Source: Pirellulales bacterium
GTDB lineage: Bacteria; Planctomycetota; Planctomycetia; Pirellulales; PALSA-1355
Length of the DNA stretch: 64,000 nt
Reading direction: 5' to 3'
Assembly (NCBI GenBank): GCA_963733035.1
Contig: CAVTBU010000006.1
Coordinates: 640,001-704,000 of the forward strand
Shown one piece after another: positions 21,015 through 33,233 of this stretch. The number at the start of each line of letters is the position of its first letter. The stretch's first letter is position 1. The position numbers and the translations under genes are program-made. The notes below the pieces were generated by a model that saw only the letters and a program-made list of their open reading frames with translations, was not told the DNA's origin and searched no databases.

Positions 21015-22570
21015 GAGAGTCCGTCGCGATGTTGGCCATGCTACTTGATTTATTAGAAAGAAATCGTTCGGCGATCGGCCTCGTCTGTTTGCTGGCGAGT
21101 TGCCACGGATTGGGGCCGTTTTGCATTCCAACTCTTGCCGAGGAGTCGGATCTCTCTGCCCACCTGTCCGTGCGCCCGGACGCCAGTCCGCGGGAGATGT
21201 TGGGCCTGTTGGGTATGGGAGACGACTTCTTTGCGGGTTTCGCGAGCGGTGAACCGCTGGACGACGCTGAGCGGGACAAACTACTGCGGTTGATGTTCCG
21301 ACTCGGGCAGATGTCAAAAGCGGTTCTCGAGACGCACGCCAACCCGCCGTTGGACGTAACGCGGATCGGCGACGATCCCGGCGCACGGCAGGGAGAGATC
21401 TTCAATTTGCGATTGAACGTTTTGCGAGTCGATCGCATCGACGTGCCGCCCGACCTGCGAGAGAAGTTTGGTTTTGAGCACTACTACAAGTGCCAAGTCG
21501 ACGCCTCGGGTCAACCAGCCACGCTCTACGCGCTGCGAGTCCCATCGGCATGGAAATTGGAGCGCGCGATTGACGAAAACGGCGAGACACTGGCGATGTT
21601 CATCAAGGAATTGCCGAGCGTGGTGCGGCCGCCCGCCGAAAATGTCAACGAGCAAAACGTCGACGGCCCGGCGTCTAAGGACGTATCCTCGCAGTTCTTG
21701 TTTGTTGCGGATCGAGTCGCCTGGCATCCGCCGACGATGCTCGGTCGGTTGGGAATGGATTACGGGCTATTCGACGAGGTACGTGATCGGTCGAAGCTGA
21801 CCGAACGCGAGGCATTTTACACCCTGCTGGCGATTACACGAACCGTGTCGCCCGCGCTTCTTGATCGCAATACGCGACAGTTGTTCGAGAAGCAGAACGA
21901 AGAACTCCAACGCGTCATCCGGAATCCGGATGTTTCTGCCAAAATGCGTGCTGAGGCTGAAAGAGCGTGGGAGCGAGTTCAACAGGGTGCCACGGACGTG
22001 GTGCCGCTGTTCAATGATCCCGCCGGACAGCGGGGCCGCTTTGTGGTTCTTCGGGGTGAGGCACTACGAGCCGTCAAGGTACGCGTCGACGACGTTGACG
22101 TCGTCAAGCGGTTTGGCATCGACCACTATTACGAAATCGAGATCATCACCCCAGATTCGCAAAACAATCCGATCGTCTGCTGCGTCACCGCGGTGCCGCC
22201 GAACATGCCTCTTGGCGATGCAATTCATGAAGATGTACGAGTCGCGGGATTCTTCCTGAAGTCGTGGGCGTTTGATACGAGAAAAAGCAACTCAAAAGTG
22301 GAGCAGGGGAGCCAGCGGGCTCGTCAACTTGCGCCGCTAGTCATTGGCAAACGCGTGGAATTACTGACACGGCCGAGAATCGGCGCTCCTACGCAAAGCA
22401 TCACATTGGCGGCCGCCTTACTCATCGTGTTCGTCGTTGTCGGCGTCGCCATGTGGTTGATTCGCCGTTCCGATCGTCGTGCCCTGCGGCAAATGGCAGA
22501 ACATCGGGGTTCACTCCCGGAGCAACTCGCAGTTGATCGAACAAAATCGAAAACCGCGAACGATAGCTAA
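21011..22570 (+). CDS. Hypothetical membrane-anchored protein, paralogous to the upstream gene, with two copies of the shared domain
   Basis: QRGRFVVLRG...HYYEIEI...AGFFLKSWAF...LAPLVIGK matches the upstream gene; C-terminal TM segment. Confidence 0.75.
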   Translation: MRESVAMLAMLLDLLERNRSAIGLVCLLASCHGLGPFCIPTLAEESDLSAHLSVRPDASPREMLGLLGMGDDFFAGFASGEPLDDAERDKLLRLMFRLGQMSKAVLETHANPPLDVTRIGDDPGARQGEIFNLRLNVLRVDRIDVPPDLREKFGFEHYYKCQVDASGQPATLYALRVPSAWKLERAIDENGETLAMFIKELPSVVRPPAENVNEQNVDGPASKDVSSQFLFVADRVAWHPPTMLGRLGMDYGLFDEVRDRSKLTEREAFYTLLAITRTVSPALLDRNTRQLFEKQNEELQRVIRNPDVSAKMRAEAERAWERVQQGATDVVPLFNDPAGQRGRFVVLRGEALRAVKVRVDDVDVVKRFGIDHYYEIEIITPDSQNNPIVCCVTAVPPNMPLGDAIHEDVRVAGFFLKSWAFDTRKSNSKVEQGSQRARQLAPLVIGKRVELLTRPRIGAPTQSITLAAALLIVFVVVGVAMWLIRRSDRRALRQMAEHRGSLPEQLAVDRTKSKTANDS

Positions 22571-22632
22571 ACCTTTCCGTCTTTCGAGGCCCTAAGTTGG
22601 TGCCTCGCCTCGCCTGTATAGCCGTCTACTGA

Positions 22633-23769
<1,137 letters not shown>

Positions 23770-23893
23770 GCCAGCACGCCGCCCCAGGCCGCGACTCGTG
23801 TCGTTTGCAGACGCGGTGAGCGAGGCCGCTCATTACTAGAGGTTGCACCGATGCTAGCGTGCGCTTGGCAGCAGTCGTGCGAGCCCCTTGCCG

Positions 23894-23922
23894 TTGACAG
23901 TGAAAAAACACTGGGGTAGAGT
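23894..23922 (+). promoter_or_regulatory. Putative sigma70 promoter for the amidase gene
   Basis: TTGACA-N17-TAGAGT. Confidence 0.6.
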
Positions 23923-24041
23923 CCGCCACTTGTGGCATGTTTGGTTTCTGTAGGAAGCATGGAGCCGACGTCATCGCAGACGAAAGCGATTTTAGTGGGT
24001 CTGAGCGAAGTGTTCGGAATACGCGTCTGACGAGTCTCACC

Positions 24042-24608
24042 ATGCTGCTACAACACATTCTGATCGCGCTGCTGACCACGCACGGCGTGGCGGCCGTATT
24101 TGCCGTATCTCCGGCACCAGGCGCCTCGGATTTCTTGCCGCCTGTAGCACCCCGAGATTGGCGCTCGATTGTCGTACATCACTCAGCCACCGGCGGTGGC
24201 AGCGTCGCTTCGATCGATGCCGCGCATCGACGAAAAAAGGATTCGGGCGGCAAGCCCTGGTTGGGAATCGGCTATCACTTTGTCGTCGGCAATGGCCATA
24301 GTATGGCCGACGGCGAAATTCAGCCGACTTTTCGTTGGCAGCGTCAACTCGCCGGCGCGCATGCCGGAAAGCGCGAACAAAATGAACACGGTATTGGAAT
24401 CTGCTTGATTGGCAACTTCGATATGGCTCCTCCGACGGAAAAGCAACTTGTTTCTCTAGCCGCGTTGTTGAAGACTCTCAGCACGCGCTATGCGATCTCG
24501 CCTACTCAGGTGCTTCGTCACCGGGACGTTAGCCCCACTTTATGCCCTGGCCGCTTGTTCCCCTGGAAGCAAGTGGTTAGCAACCTTTCCCAGGACAAAG
24601 GATCGTAG
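24042..24608 (+). CDS. N-acetylmuramoyl-L-alanine amidase (Amidase_2/PGRP family), exported
   Basis: IVVHHSA, WLGIGYHFVV, GAHA, IGICLIGNF and RHRDVSPTLCPG; His/His/Cys zinc ligands present. Confidence 0.9.
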   Translation: MLLQHILIALLTTHGVAAVFAVSPAPGASDFLPPVAPRDWRSIVVHHSATGGGSVASIDAAHRRKKDSGGKPWLGIGYHFVVGNGHSMADGEIQPTFRWQRQLAGAHAGKREQNEHGIGICLIGNFDMAPPTEKQLVSLAALLKTLSTRYAISPTQVLRHRDVSPTLCPGRLFPWKQVVSNLSQDKGS

Positions 24609-24673
24609 GCGACTTTCTGAACTCCCGCGGTGAATCGTTTCGATTCCCACTTACCCCGCCAGCGTGAGACGTA

Positions 24674-25426
24674 ATGAACCGCATTCAAAATCTGCTCGAC
24701 GACGTGCAAACATGTCCTTTTGCTACGCCACCCGAGGCTGTCTTTACTCCCGCGTCCGACAGCATCGAAAACCCGCATTGCCTTTTTACGCCCCAGCATT
24801 ACGAACGGAACTACGCCTATCCACTCATCGTCTGGCTGCATGGCCCCGACGATGACGAACGGCAGGTTAATCGCGTGCTACCGCTGGTGAGTTTGCGAAA
24901 CTACGTGAGCGTCGCCCCTCGTGGCACGATCGCCTGCCCCGAGGGCGGTTACGCCTGGTCGCAGCAGGCCGAGCAAATCGCATTGGCCGAGGAGCGGGTT
25001 TTTCGCGGAATCTCGTTGGCCAGGCGATGGTTGAATGTGGCATCGCGGCGGATCTACATTGCGGGCTACGATTGCGGCGGCACAATGGCTTTGCGTCTGG
25101 CGCTTCGACACCCTGGTACGTTTGCTGGCGTCCTTGCGATTGGCGGCGGCTTGCCCGGTACGCTGCGGCCCTTTGCTCGCTTGCACGAGTTGCGGGGGAT
25201 GAACATTTTTCTGGCCACCGGTCGGCATAGCCAACTTTACCCAGAACGAGACGTTTGTCGCGATTTGCGGCTATTCCACTCCGCCGCGATGTCGGTCAAT
25301 CTGCGGCAGTATCCGTGTGGCGACGATGTCACTACGGACATGCTTGCCGATATGGACCGCTGGATCATGGAACAGATCAATGCCGCGGCGCCCGTGACCC
25401 GCGACCAACACAGCCACCGGTCGTAG
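24674..25426 (+). CDS. Alpha/beta hydrolase (phospholipase/carboxylesterase-like) with degenerate catalytic residues
   Basis: YPLIVWLHG and RIYIAGYDCGG (GxSxG Ser->Asp); YPCGDDV at the expected His position. Confidence 0.8.
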   Translation: MNRIQNLLDDVQTCPFATPPEAVFTPASDSIENPHCLFTPQHYERNYAYPLIVWLHGPDDDERQVNRVLPLVSLRNYVSVAPRGTIACPEGGYAWSQQAEQIALAEERVFRGISLARRWLNVASRRIYIAGYDCGGTMALRLALRHPGTFAGVLAIGGGLPGTLRPFARLHELRGMNIFLATGRHSQLYPERDVCRDLRLFHSAAMSVNLRQYPCGDDVTTDMLADMDRWIMEQINAAAPVTRDQHSHRS

Positions 25427-25602
25427 TTGCGAACCAACTCCGCTACGGCTCTGTCGAATACCTCGCGATTTCGGACGATTTGCCTCGCAGTCGCGTTGCT
25501 GCTGGGCTCACGTGCCGCTTGTCGACGGTGACGCGATCTGTTTCAATTGACTCCTGACGGGCATCGGTTGTTCTCATTCCGCAAGCGGTACGTCAGGACG
25601 AT

Positions 25603-27369
25603 ATGGCCAAGCTGTGGCGGATTCATCCTCATGACTCAACGCGCATCGTGGCGCTTGAACGATCGGCTGGCATCCCCACCGTCGTGGCCCAGTTGTTGCT
25701 CTGCCGGGGCATTCACGAAGCCAACCTGGCACGCGAGTTTCTCGATCCGCGGCTGAGCAGCCTTCGCGATCCGGAAGAACTGCCGGGTTTGGCGGACGCG
25801 GCCGATCGGATTATGGATTCGGTGCAAACCGGCCGGCGAATCGTGATCTACGGCGACTACGACGTCGACGGCATGAGCGGCACCGCCATCTTGTTTCTGT
25901 GCCTCAAGTTGCTGGGTGCCGAAGTCAGCTACTATGTGCCCAATCGCATTGACGAGGGCTATGGTTTAAATTGCGAGGCGCTGGCCACCTTGGCCGGCCG
26001 TGGCGCGCGGACGATCATCACAGTGGACTGCGGCGCCTCGAGCGTTCGCGAAGCTGAAGAGGCCCGTCGACTGGGTCTCGAACTGGTCATCACCGACCAC
26101 CATCACTTCGCCGACGTGCTGCCCGCGGCCGACGCAATCGTGCATCCGGCGCTGCCGGGCGGTGCGTATCCATTCACGGGACTTTGCGGTGCGGGCGTCG
26201 CTTTCAAATTGGCTTGGGCCCTTTGCCAACGAGCCAGCCAATCGAAAAGAGTCGGTGACCGCATGCGCGAGTTTCTTATGCAAGCGGTGGGGCTCGTTTC
26301 TCTGGGAACCGTAGCCGACGTCGTTCCGCTCGTCGACGAGAATCGCGTGTTGGTGCGTCACGGATTGACCAGTCTGCGGCAGCGGCCCCCCTTGGGTGTG
26401 GCCGCATTGATGCAGGTTATCGGCATGGACGCGGCCGGCCCGCTGTCGAGCGAGGACATCGCATTCAAACTCGCGCCGCGACTTAATGCGGCCGGTCGAC
26501 TGGGGCAGGCCACGCTCGGCATCGAGCTGTTGACAACCGACTCGACCGAACGAGCCGGTGCGTTGGCCGCCTACTTGCACGAACTAAACGGAAGCCGCGA
26601 GAGTTTGGAGCGCAGCATCTACTTGGCAGCCAACAAACAGGCGACCGAACAGTTCGATCCCGAGGGCGACGCAGCCCTGGTGTTGGCAGATCGTGGTTGG
26701 CATCCGGGCGTGATTGGCATCGTCGCGGCACGGTTGGCCGAGAAGTTTCACCGCCCAGTCGTGCTCATCGCTTTCGACTCGCTCGGCGCGAAGCCCGGAG
26801 TTGGTTCCGCGCAAAGCGCTGGCGGATTCAACCTTCACGACGGATTCGCCGCCTGTGCGGAACACTTGATCAGTTATGGCGGGCACGCGGCGGCCGCGGG
26901 GCTCAAAATTGAAGCGTCACGGCTCGAGGCCTTCCGCACGCAGTTCTGCGAATTCGCTGCGGGCGAAATGTCCGCCTCGGCTCGCGTGGCCGAACTACGG
27001 ATCGACGCCGAAGTCCCTTTCAGTGCGCTCACTTCCGCGGCGGTGGCCGATATCGAGCGTCTGGCACCCTTTGGGCACTCAAATCCCCGGCCTTTGCTAT
27101 GCACGTCCGACGTTGTCTTGTGCGAACCTCCCAAGGCCGTCGGGGGCGGGCAGAGGCACCTGTCGCTTCGCCTTTCGCAACACGGCGTACAATTCAAGGC
27201 GATCGCCTTTGGCGGTAGTGATTGGGCGGACGATCTGCTGCAGACTTCCGGTCCGATCGCCGTCGCCTTCCGTCCGTTCGTGAATCATTTTCGCGGCCGC
27301 AAGTCGGTCGAGCTTCAGGTCTGCGACTGGCAGCCGGCCGCGACCATGAAGAACGAATTGTGTGCTTAA
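25603..27369 (+). CDS. recJ: Single-stranded-DNA-specific exonuclease RecJ
   Basis: YGDYDVDG, TVDCG, TDHH, GTVADVVPL, PRLNAAGR and GGHAAAAG motifs. Confidence 0.96.
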   Translation: MAKLWRIHPHDSTRIVALERSAGIPTVVAQLLLCRGIHEANLAREFLDPRLSSLRDPEELPGLADAADRIMDSVQTGRRIVIYGDYDVDGMSGTAILFLCLKLLGAEVSYYVPNRIDEGYGLNCEALATLAGRGARTIITVDCGASSVREAEEARRLGLELVITDHHHFADVLPAADAIVHPALPGGAYPFTGLCGAGVAFKLAWALCQRASQSKRVGDRMREFLMQAVGLVSLGTVADVVPLVDENRVLVRHGLTSLRQRPPLGVAALMQVIGMDAAGPLSSEDIAFKLAPRLNAAGRLGQATLGIELLTTDSTERAGALAAYLHELNGSRESLERSIYLAANKQATEQFDPEGDAALVLADRGWHPGVIGIVAARLAEKFHRPVVLIAFDSLGAKPGVGSAQSAGGFNLHDGFAACAEHLISYGGHAAAAGLKIEASRLEAFRTQFCEFAAGEMSASARVAELRIDAEVPFSALTSAAVADIERLAPFGHSNPRPLLCTSDVVLCEPPKAVGGGQRHLSLRLSQHGVQFKAIAFGGSDWADDLLQTSGPIAVAFRPFVNHFRGRKSVELQVCDWQPAATMKNELCA

Positions 27370-27447
27370 GTGCACGGTTCTCGAGTTCCTACGTGCTCAA
27401 CCCCGTGACGCCTCAACGGGCGGCCGTTGTTGATTCGCATTGGTGCC

Positions 27448-28110
27448 ATGTTTTTTCAACCTGACTTTCGCGAAGCCCGCCTGGAAATGCTCGAACTGCT
27501 TGCCGATCGCGGCATCTGTTCACCGCGCGTGTTGAATGCCATGGCCCGCGTGCGCCGCGAGCGGTTTGTGCCCGAGGGCGCGCGCCATCTGGCCTACGCC
27601 GATCGTGCGCTGCCGATCGCATGCGACCAGACGATTAGCCAGCCGTACATCGTGGCGCTGATGACCGAGGCGCTGCAATTGTCTGGCGACGAACGTGTAC
27701 TAGAGATTGGTACGGGCAGCGGCTATCAGGCCGCGGTGCTCGCGGAACTGGCCGCCGAGGTAGTGACGGTCGAGCGACATGCCGCGCTCTCGGAAGCCGC
27801 ACGGGCGGTGCTTGACGAACTGGGTTACACGAACGTCCGCTGCATTGTCGGCGACGGCACGCAGGGTTGGGCCGAGGGTGCCCCGTACGATCGCATTTTG
27901 GTGGCCGCGGCGGCCGCGCAGATTCCTCCGGCGCTTGAGGAGCAACTGGCCGAACGAGGCACGCTGGTGATTCCGATTGGGCCGGCCGACAGTCAGGTGC
28001 TGGAAGCCTACCACAAGATCGGCCGGCGGCTGCACGCCGAACCGCTTAGCGGCTGCCGTTTCGTCCCGCTGGTCGGAGCACAGGGGAATGATCCGGGCGC
28101 AGATGTGTGA
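27448..28110 (+). CDS. pcm: Protein-L-isoaspartate O-methyltransferase
   Basis: QTISQPYIVA, VLEIGTGSGYQAA, GDGTQGW, APYDRI and RFVPLVG motifs. Confidence 0.95.
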   Translation: MFFQPDFREARLEMLELLADRGICSPRVLNAMARVRRERFVPEGARHLAYADRALPIACDQTISQPYIVALMTEALQLSGDERVLEIGTGSGYQAAVLAELAAEVVTVERHAALSEAARAVLDELGYTNVRCIVGDGTQGWAEGAPYDRILVAAAAAQIPPALEEQLAERGTLVIPIGPADSQVLEAYHKIGRRLHAEPLSGCRFVPLVGAQGNDPGADV

Positions 28111-28150
28111 GCACGCCGCACCACCCGCCTCCGCCACGCCCGAACCGCCG

Positions 28151-28178
28151 TTGACCCCCGCACTGGGTCGGCTAGAAT
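28151..28178 (+). promoter_or_regulatory. Putative sigma70 promoter for tRNA-Pro
   Basis: TTGACC-N16-TAGAAT, 17 nt before the tRNA. Confidence 0.65.
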
Positions 28179-28195
28179 ACGTAGCTTCACAATCA

Positions 28196-28270
28196 CGGGG
28201 CGTAGCTCAGCCTGGCTAGAGCGCTGCGTTCGGGACGCAGAGGTCGCATGTTCAAATCATGTCGCCCCGA
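28196..28270 (+). tRNA. tRNA-Pro (anticodon CGG), CCA not encoded
   Basis: Acceptor stem CGGGGCG/CGCCCCG, D-arm TAGCTCAGCCTGG, anticodon arm CTGCG-TTCGGGA-CGCAG, T-loop GTTCAAATC. Confidence 0.96.
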
Positions 28271-28434
28271 TTTTATTCGATGGTCGATGCTCGCAAGGAC
28301 CGATTCCTAAAGGAATTGTGCATAGTTCAATTGTGTCCTGTCGCCATGGGGCGACTGGACGGGACTGATCCTAAAGGCCCGCCGAGACCGTGGTAGTTGG
28401 CTACGGGCTGTGATCAGAGCACACGCCCGCGACC

Positions 28435-28899
28435 TTACGCCCAGGTGGGCTCCCTGAGCAGGCCCAGGAAGGCCTCGATGCCATCAACGAGGTAGTAGAA
28501 GTCGCCGAAGGCTTTCTTTAGTTAGATCGCGCCTTGGCCTTCCTAGGGCGCGGTGTCCAGAATGACGAGTCCCCCCATGCCCGTGTACCCAATGGGCACG
28601 ATTTTCGGCGGATCGTTATCCTCAAATAGCGCAATTCGTTCGGGGGTTCCTAGCTCCGCCTCTTCATGCGAAGCGCCGATGCCGAACAGGATTTCCAATG
28701 AATCTTGTGGGCATCCCTCGCCGACGGGTGTGATCTCCGGCTCGCTGAAATCCCCGCCGTTGAATTCCAGTACGAACTTTCGATAGTCATGGGGAAATTT
28801 TACGCCGATGCGACGTTCGAGTTCCGCGACCTGAGCTTCAGTGGGCAACCGGAATCGATCCACCTAGAATCGTTCGCATACGTTCGCAATGGTCGTCAT
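28435..28899 (-). pseudogene. SMI1/KNR4 family immunity protein pseudogene with three in-frame stops
   Basis: AQVAELERRIGVKFPHDYRKFVLEFNGG is SMI1-like; the frame from ATG 28899 to TAA 28435 is interrupted by TAG (28864-28866), TAG (28543-28545) and TAA (28522-28524). Confidence 0.8.
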
Positions 28900-29339
28900 A
28901 TCGGCAGCATCCTGGGTTCGTGTGAGACGATGAACGCCCTCTTCATCAATCCGCCCAGCGTCGTCGCGGACGCCGTTCCATTACTCGATCAAAGGCAAGG
29001 ATTTTCGCTTTTTCCCTGGGATGCAGCGTGGCTCCGAAAACGGTGAGCCATTGCCAAGCAATCACTCTGGCCCCACTAGCTCGCCAGTCTTAGCGGCTCA
29101 AAACCTAACCGAATAAGCTTCTAATGGACTTTGACGGACCGCTCGGTTGTCAATTCTCGAAAAACGGTTACATTGGGGGTATTGCGAGCCCGCCTGGGTC
29201 TTCCTGCCTGCCGACCCGCCGTCTTCAAGCTCTTGATCGCCGTCTCGCAATTCTTGTCCATAGACCAATGCTTCGTCGGACGATTGGCATGGTGCCGCCG
29301 TCCCGAGCAAGACAATCAATTCAAGGAAATCGTTCTTTC

Positions 29340-29585
29340 ATGTCTGTCCAGATGGAGCAGAAAGTCACCTCTTTTGAAATCGCCGCGATTGCGGAAGCTC
29401 GACTCAACGCCAGCTCGCACCCAGCCCTGCGAAACGTCTCCTGCAAATGTGTGAGTGGTGTTCTTGTGCTTCAGGGTCGCCTGAACAGCTTTTTTCACAC
29501 GCAGTTGGCCCAGGAGACGGTTGCCAAGATCAAGGGCGTCGAACGAGTCGTCAATCAGATCGAAGTGCTCGGCCGTGCGATGTGA
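29340..29585 (+). CDS. Single BON-domain protein
   Basis: GVLVLQGRLNSFFHTQLAQETVAKIKGVERVVNQIEV; AAGGA SD. Confidence 0.85.
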   Translation: MSVQMEQKVTSFEIAAIAEARLNASSHPALRNVSCKCVSGVLVLQGRLNSFFHTQLAQETVAKIKGVERVVNQIEVLGRAM

Positions 29586-29907
29586 CGGGAATTGCCGATA
29601 CCAGTATTTGCGTGGTACGACGCACAGGCAGATTCTTTCCCCCCCGACCGGTCCGTTCTCCGAACGCTCGCGCCATCAGGATCAAGCCAGGCTCGACTCA
29701 GGGCGGCGGTCGTTGGAACGACACGTTGTCACAGGTTACTATCAGGGTGTCCTTTGCCGTGTTCCGCGATGGATCCCACCGCGCGCGGATGGCATGAGCC
29801 AAAGGTACACGTAGTGGGGAAAGCCGACTCGAATCGGTTTTGCGCGGAGAATGTCGCCCGCGAAATACCGTTGTCAGGCACCCAGTTCGCTTCCACTGGA
29901 GAACCTG

Positions 29908-31562
29908 ATGATACGCAGTTGTACGTTGGCCCTCTGGGCCTGTCTGTTGATTCCCACCACGGTCTTGGCGGCGGATGCAAGGCGGCCCAACATTCTGTTT
30001 GCGTTTGCTGATGATTGGGGAAGGCACGCCGGCGCGTACGCCAAACTGGATGGGCCTGGCACGCTCAACGACGTTGTCCGCACGCCCAACTTCGATCGCA
30101 TCGCGCGCGAGGGGGTGTTGTTTCGCAGCGCTTTTGTCTCGGCGCCAAGCTGCACACCCTGCCGCAGTGCGCTATTGTCGGGCCAGCATTTTTGGCGCAC
30201 TGGGCGCGGCGGATCTTGCGCGGCGCTGTGTGGGACGGCTCGCAACCAGCCTTTCCTTTGCTACTGCACGCGGACGGCTATCACATCGGCGAGACGTACA
30301 AGGTCTGGAGTCCGGGCCGACCCAACGATGCACCCTACGGGGCAGGCAAGTACGGATATGAGAAAGCCGGCGGACAGTTCAATCAGTTCTCGCAAAACGT
30401 GGCCAAGCTCGTTTCGCAGGGGGTGCCACTCCAAGAAGCCAAGGAGAAGCTGTACCGGCAAGTGATCGACAATTTTGACGCATTCCTGAACGCGCGGCAT
30501 CCCGATCAACCCTTCTGCTATTGGTTCGGACCAACGAACGTGCATCGTAAGTGGGTTGCCGGTTCCGGAAAGTCGCAGTGGGGAATCAACCCCGACGACT
30601 TTCAAGGTAAGCTGCCGCCATTTCTGCCCGATGTTCCCCAGGTGCGCCAGGATTTGGCAGATTATTTCGGCGAGATTCAGGCCTTCGATACGGCGTTGGG
30701 CCGATTGGTCAAACGGTTGGAAGACACCGGCGAACTCGACAACACGCTGATCGTCGTCAGCGGCGATCATGGCGCGCCCGGATTTCCGCACGGCAAGTGC
30801 AACCTGTACGATTTTGGGGCCAGCGTTCCGTTGGCGATCCAATGGGGCGGCGCACGTGGTGGTCGCGTCGTCGACGATTTGGTGAGTCTGACCGATTTGG
30901 CGCCCACATTTCTGGAGGTTGCGGGCGTTGCAGTGCCGGACAACATGACGGGAAAGAGCCTGGTGAACGTGCTTCAGTCGGATCGATCAGGGCAAGTCGA
31001 CCCCGCGCGAGACGCCGTATTCATCGGACGCGAACGCCACGTGGAGAATGCGCGTGCCGATTATGCACCCTATCCTCAGCGGGCCATTCGCACGCATGAC
31101 TTTCTCTACATCGTCAACTTCCGGCCGGATCGTTGGCCGCTGGGCGATCCCTATCGCCTCGACTCTGACAATCCGCCTACCACCGAGGAAGTGACGGAGA
31201 ATACACGCTGCACACTCCCCGATGAAGATGCCGGGCCGACGAAGGCCTGGCTGGTAAGTGTGCGAAATGATCCTCGCTGGAAATCGCATTTCGAGTGGGT
31301 CTACGGCAAGCGGCCCCGTGCGGAGCTATACGACCTGAAGACGGATCCGTATCAAGTGAAGAACGTGGCGGACATTCCAGCGTATGCCAAGACGCGCGAG
31401 CAACTAGAGCAGCGGCTGCTCGCCGAGTTGCGGCGTACCGGCGATCCGCGGATGGTGGACGGTGGCCGCTTCTTCGAGACGCCGCCGATGGCGGGTCCTG
31501 TCGACGATCGGTCGGCCGAAATACGGAAAAGCAAACGCCGCGCATCATCTGTTCAAAACTAG
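29908..31562 (+). CDS. Exported sulfatase (apparent frameshift near 30212)
   Basis: [13 protein letters not shown] and [11 protein letters not shown] in one frame; ...ILRGAVWDG...SGDHG...GKCNLYD continues in another. Confidence 0.88.
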
Positions 31563-31627
31563 CAGGCAGGGGCCGAACCATAAGTAAGAAGCATCAACCG
31601 TTCGAGATACAGCCAGCCGGAGTGAAC

Positions 31628-33178
31628 ATGAAACCGTTGCTTTGTTTTGTCGCGGCGATTTGCGCCTTGGTTGGCACGGCGAGTGCCTTCGGTGCCGCGC
31701 CGCGCCCGCCGAATATCCTTTTCATCATCGTCGACGATCAGTCCCCCTTCGATCTGCGTGTCTACGAGCCGACTTCTGCCCTGCAGACTCCCGCAATCGA
31801 TCGCCTGGCGGCCGAGGGAATGGTGTTTGACGGCGCACATCACATGGGGGCATTCACGGGTGCGGTCTGCACGCCGTCGCGGCACATGGTTATGAGTGGG
31901 CGGACAGTATGGCACTTGCCGATCGGTCCAGGCGCCCAGAGCCACTGTCCGCCCGAACTTGAGCAGAATACGTTAGGGGCGGTCTTCAATCGTGCGGGTT
32001 ATGCCACGATGCGTACTTGCAAGATCGGCAATAGCTACGATGGCGCCAACAAACAATTCAGCGTTCGCAAGGACGCCACCAAGCGCGGCGGCACCGACGA
32101 GCAGGGGAGTGCGTGGCACGCCGCGCAGGTGCTCGATTACCTCGACCACCGAGAAAAGACGGAAGATGTCCGACCGTTCCTGATCTACTACGGTTTTTCG
32201 CATCCGCACGATACCCGAGACGGCAAACCTGAGTTGCTGGCAAAGTACGGGGCGGTGAATCACACCGACAAGAGCTCCCTGCCGCCGGCCAATCCCAAGC
32301 AGCCCAGGCTGCCGACAAACTATCTTCCCGCCCACCCGTTTCCTCACGGACATCCCGGATTGCGAGACGAAGTGGCCGTCAGTGGTGTGTGGGAAAACCG
32401 CGACGAACGAACGATCCGCAATGAACTCGGACGCGAGTTCGCGTGTAGTGAGAACATTGATGTTCAGATCGGTCGCGTGCTGAAAAAACTCGAGGCCATG
32501 GGTGAACTAGAAAACACCTATGTCTTCTACACCTCCGACCATGGCATCGCGATCGGTCGGCACGGTCTGCAGGGGAAGCAGAACCTCTACGAACATACTT
32601 GGCGGGTTCCGTTCATCGTCAAAGGTCCCGGGATCAGGCCGGGAACCCGTGTCCAGGGCAACATCTATTTGCTGGACGTGCTCGCCACGCTGTGCGACCT
32701 GACCAGCGTGACGCCTCCAGAGTCGAACGAAGGCATCAGTTTCACGCCGGTTCTCAAAGGCGAACGGCAAACGATCCGTGATGTGCTGTATGGCGTTTAC
32801 AACGGTGGCACGAAACCCGGCATGCGTTGCGTCAAACGGGGAGATTGGAAACTCATTAAGTACGATGTACTGGATGGAAAAGTCCGAGAGACGCAACTCT
32901 TCAACCTTGCAGAGAATCCCTACGAGTTTCTCCAGCAGCATCACGAGTCGCCGGTAATCCGCCTTACCGGCCATACGCCCGAGGCCACGCAAACGAATCT
33001 GGCCGGCGACCCGCGCTACGCGGAAAAGCTGGCAGAAATGGAGGCGCTATTGCTCGCCGAGATGCGGCGGCTGCACGATCCCTACCGCCTTTGGAATCAA
33101 CCCGATGACGACCTGCCGCCACCTACCGAGCAGCAATCCAAAAACAAGAAGCGCGGATCCGCCAAGAAGTCCTCATGA
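31628..33178 (+). CDS. Exported sulfatase (choline-sulfatase-like)
   Basis: Signal peptide; [21 protein letters not shown] and GKQNLYE motifs. Confidence 0.92.
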   Translation: MKPLLCFVAAICALVGTASAFGAAPRPPNILFIIVDDQSPFDLRVYEPTSALQTPAIDRLAAEGMVFDGAHHMGAFTGAVCTPSRHMVMSGRTVWHLPIGPGAQSHCPPELEQNTLGAVFNRAGYATMRTCKIGNSYDGANKQFSVRKDATKRGGTDEQGSAWHAAQVLDYLDHREKTEDVRPFLIYYGFSHPHDTRDGKPELLAKYGAVNHTDKSSLPPANPKQPRLPTNYLPAHPFPHGHPGLRDEVAVSGVWENRDERTIRNELGREFACSENIDVQIGRVLKKLEAMGELENTYVFYTSDHGIAIGRHGLQGKQNLYEHTWRVPFIVKGPGIRPGTRVQGNIYLLDVLATLCDLTSVTPPESNEGISFTPVLKGERQTIRDVLYGVYNGGTKPGMRCVKRGDWKLIKYDVLDGKVRETQLFNLAENPYEFLQQHHESPVIRLTGHTPEATQTNLAGDPRYAEKLAEMEALLLAEMRRLHDPYRLWNQPDDDLPPPTEQQSKNKKRGSAKKSS

Positions 33179-33233
33179 CCTCTCCGGAGTGGAGACCCGC
33201 AGTGACGAAACGACAACACGAGGAACCGCGAAC

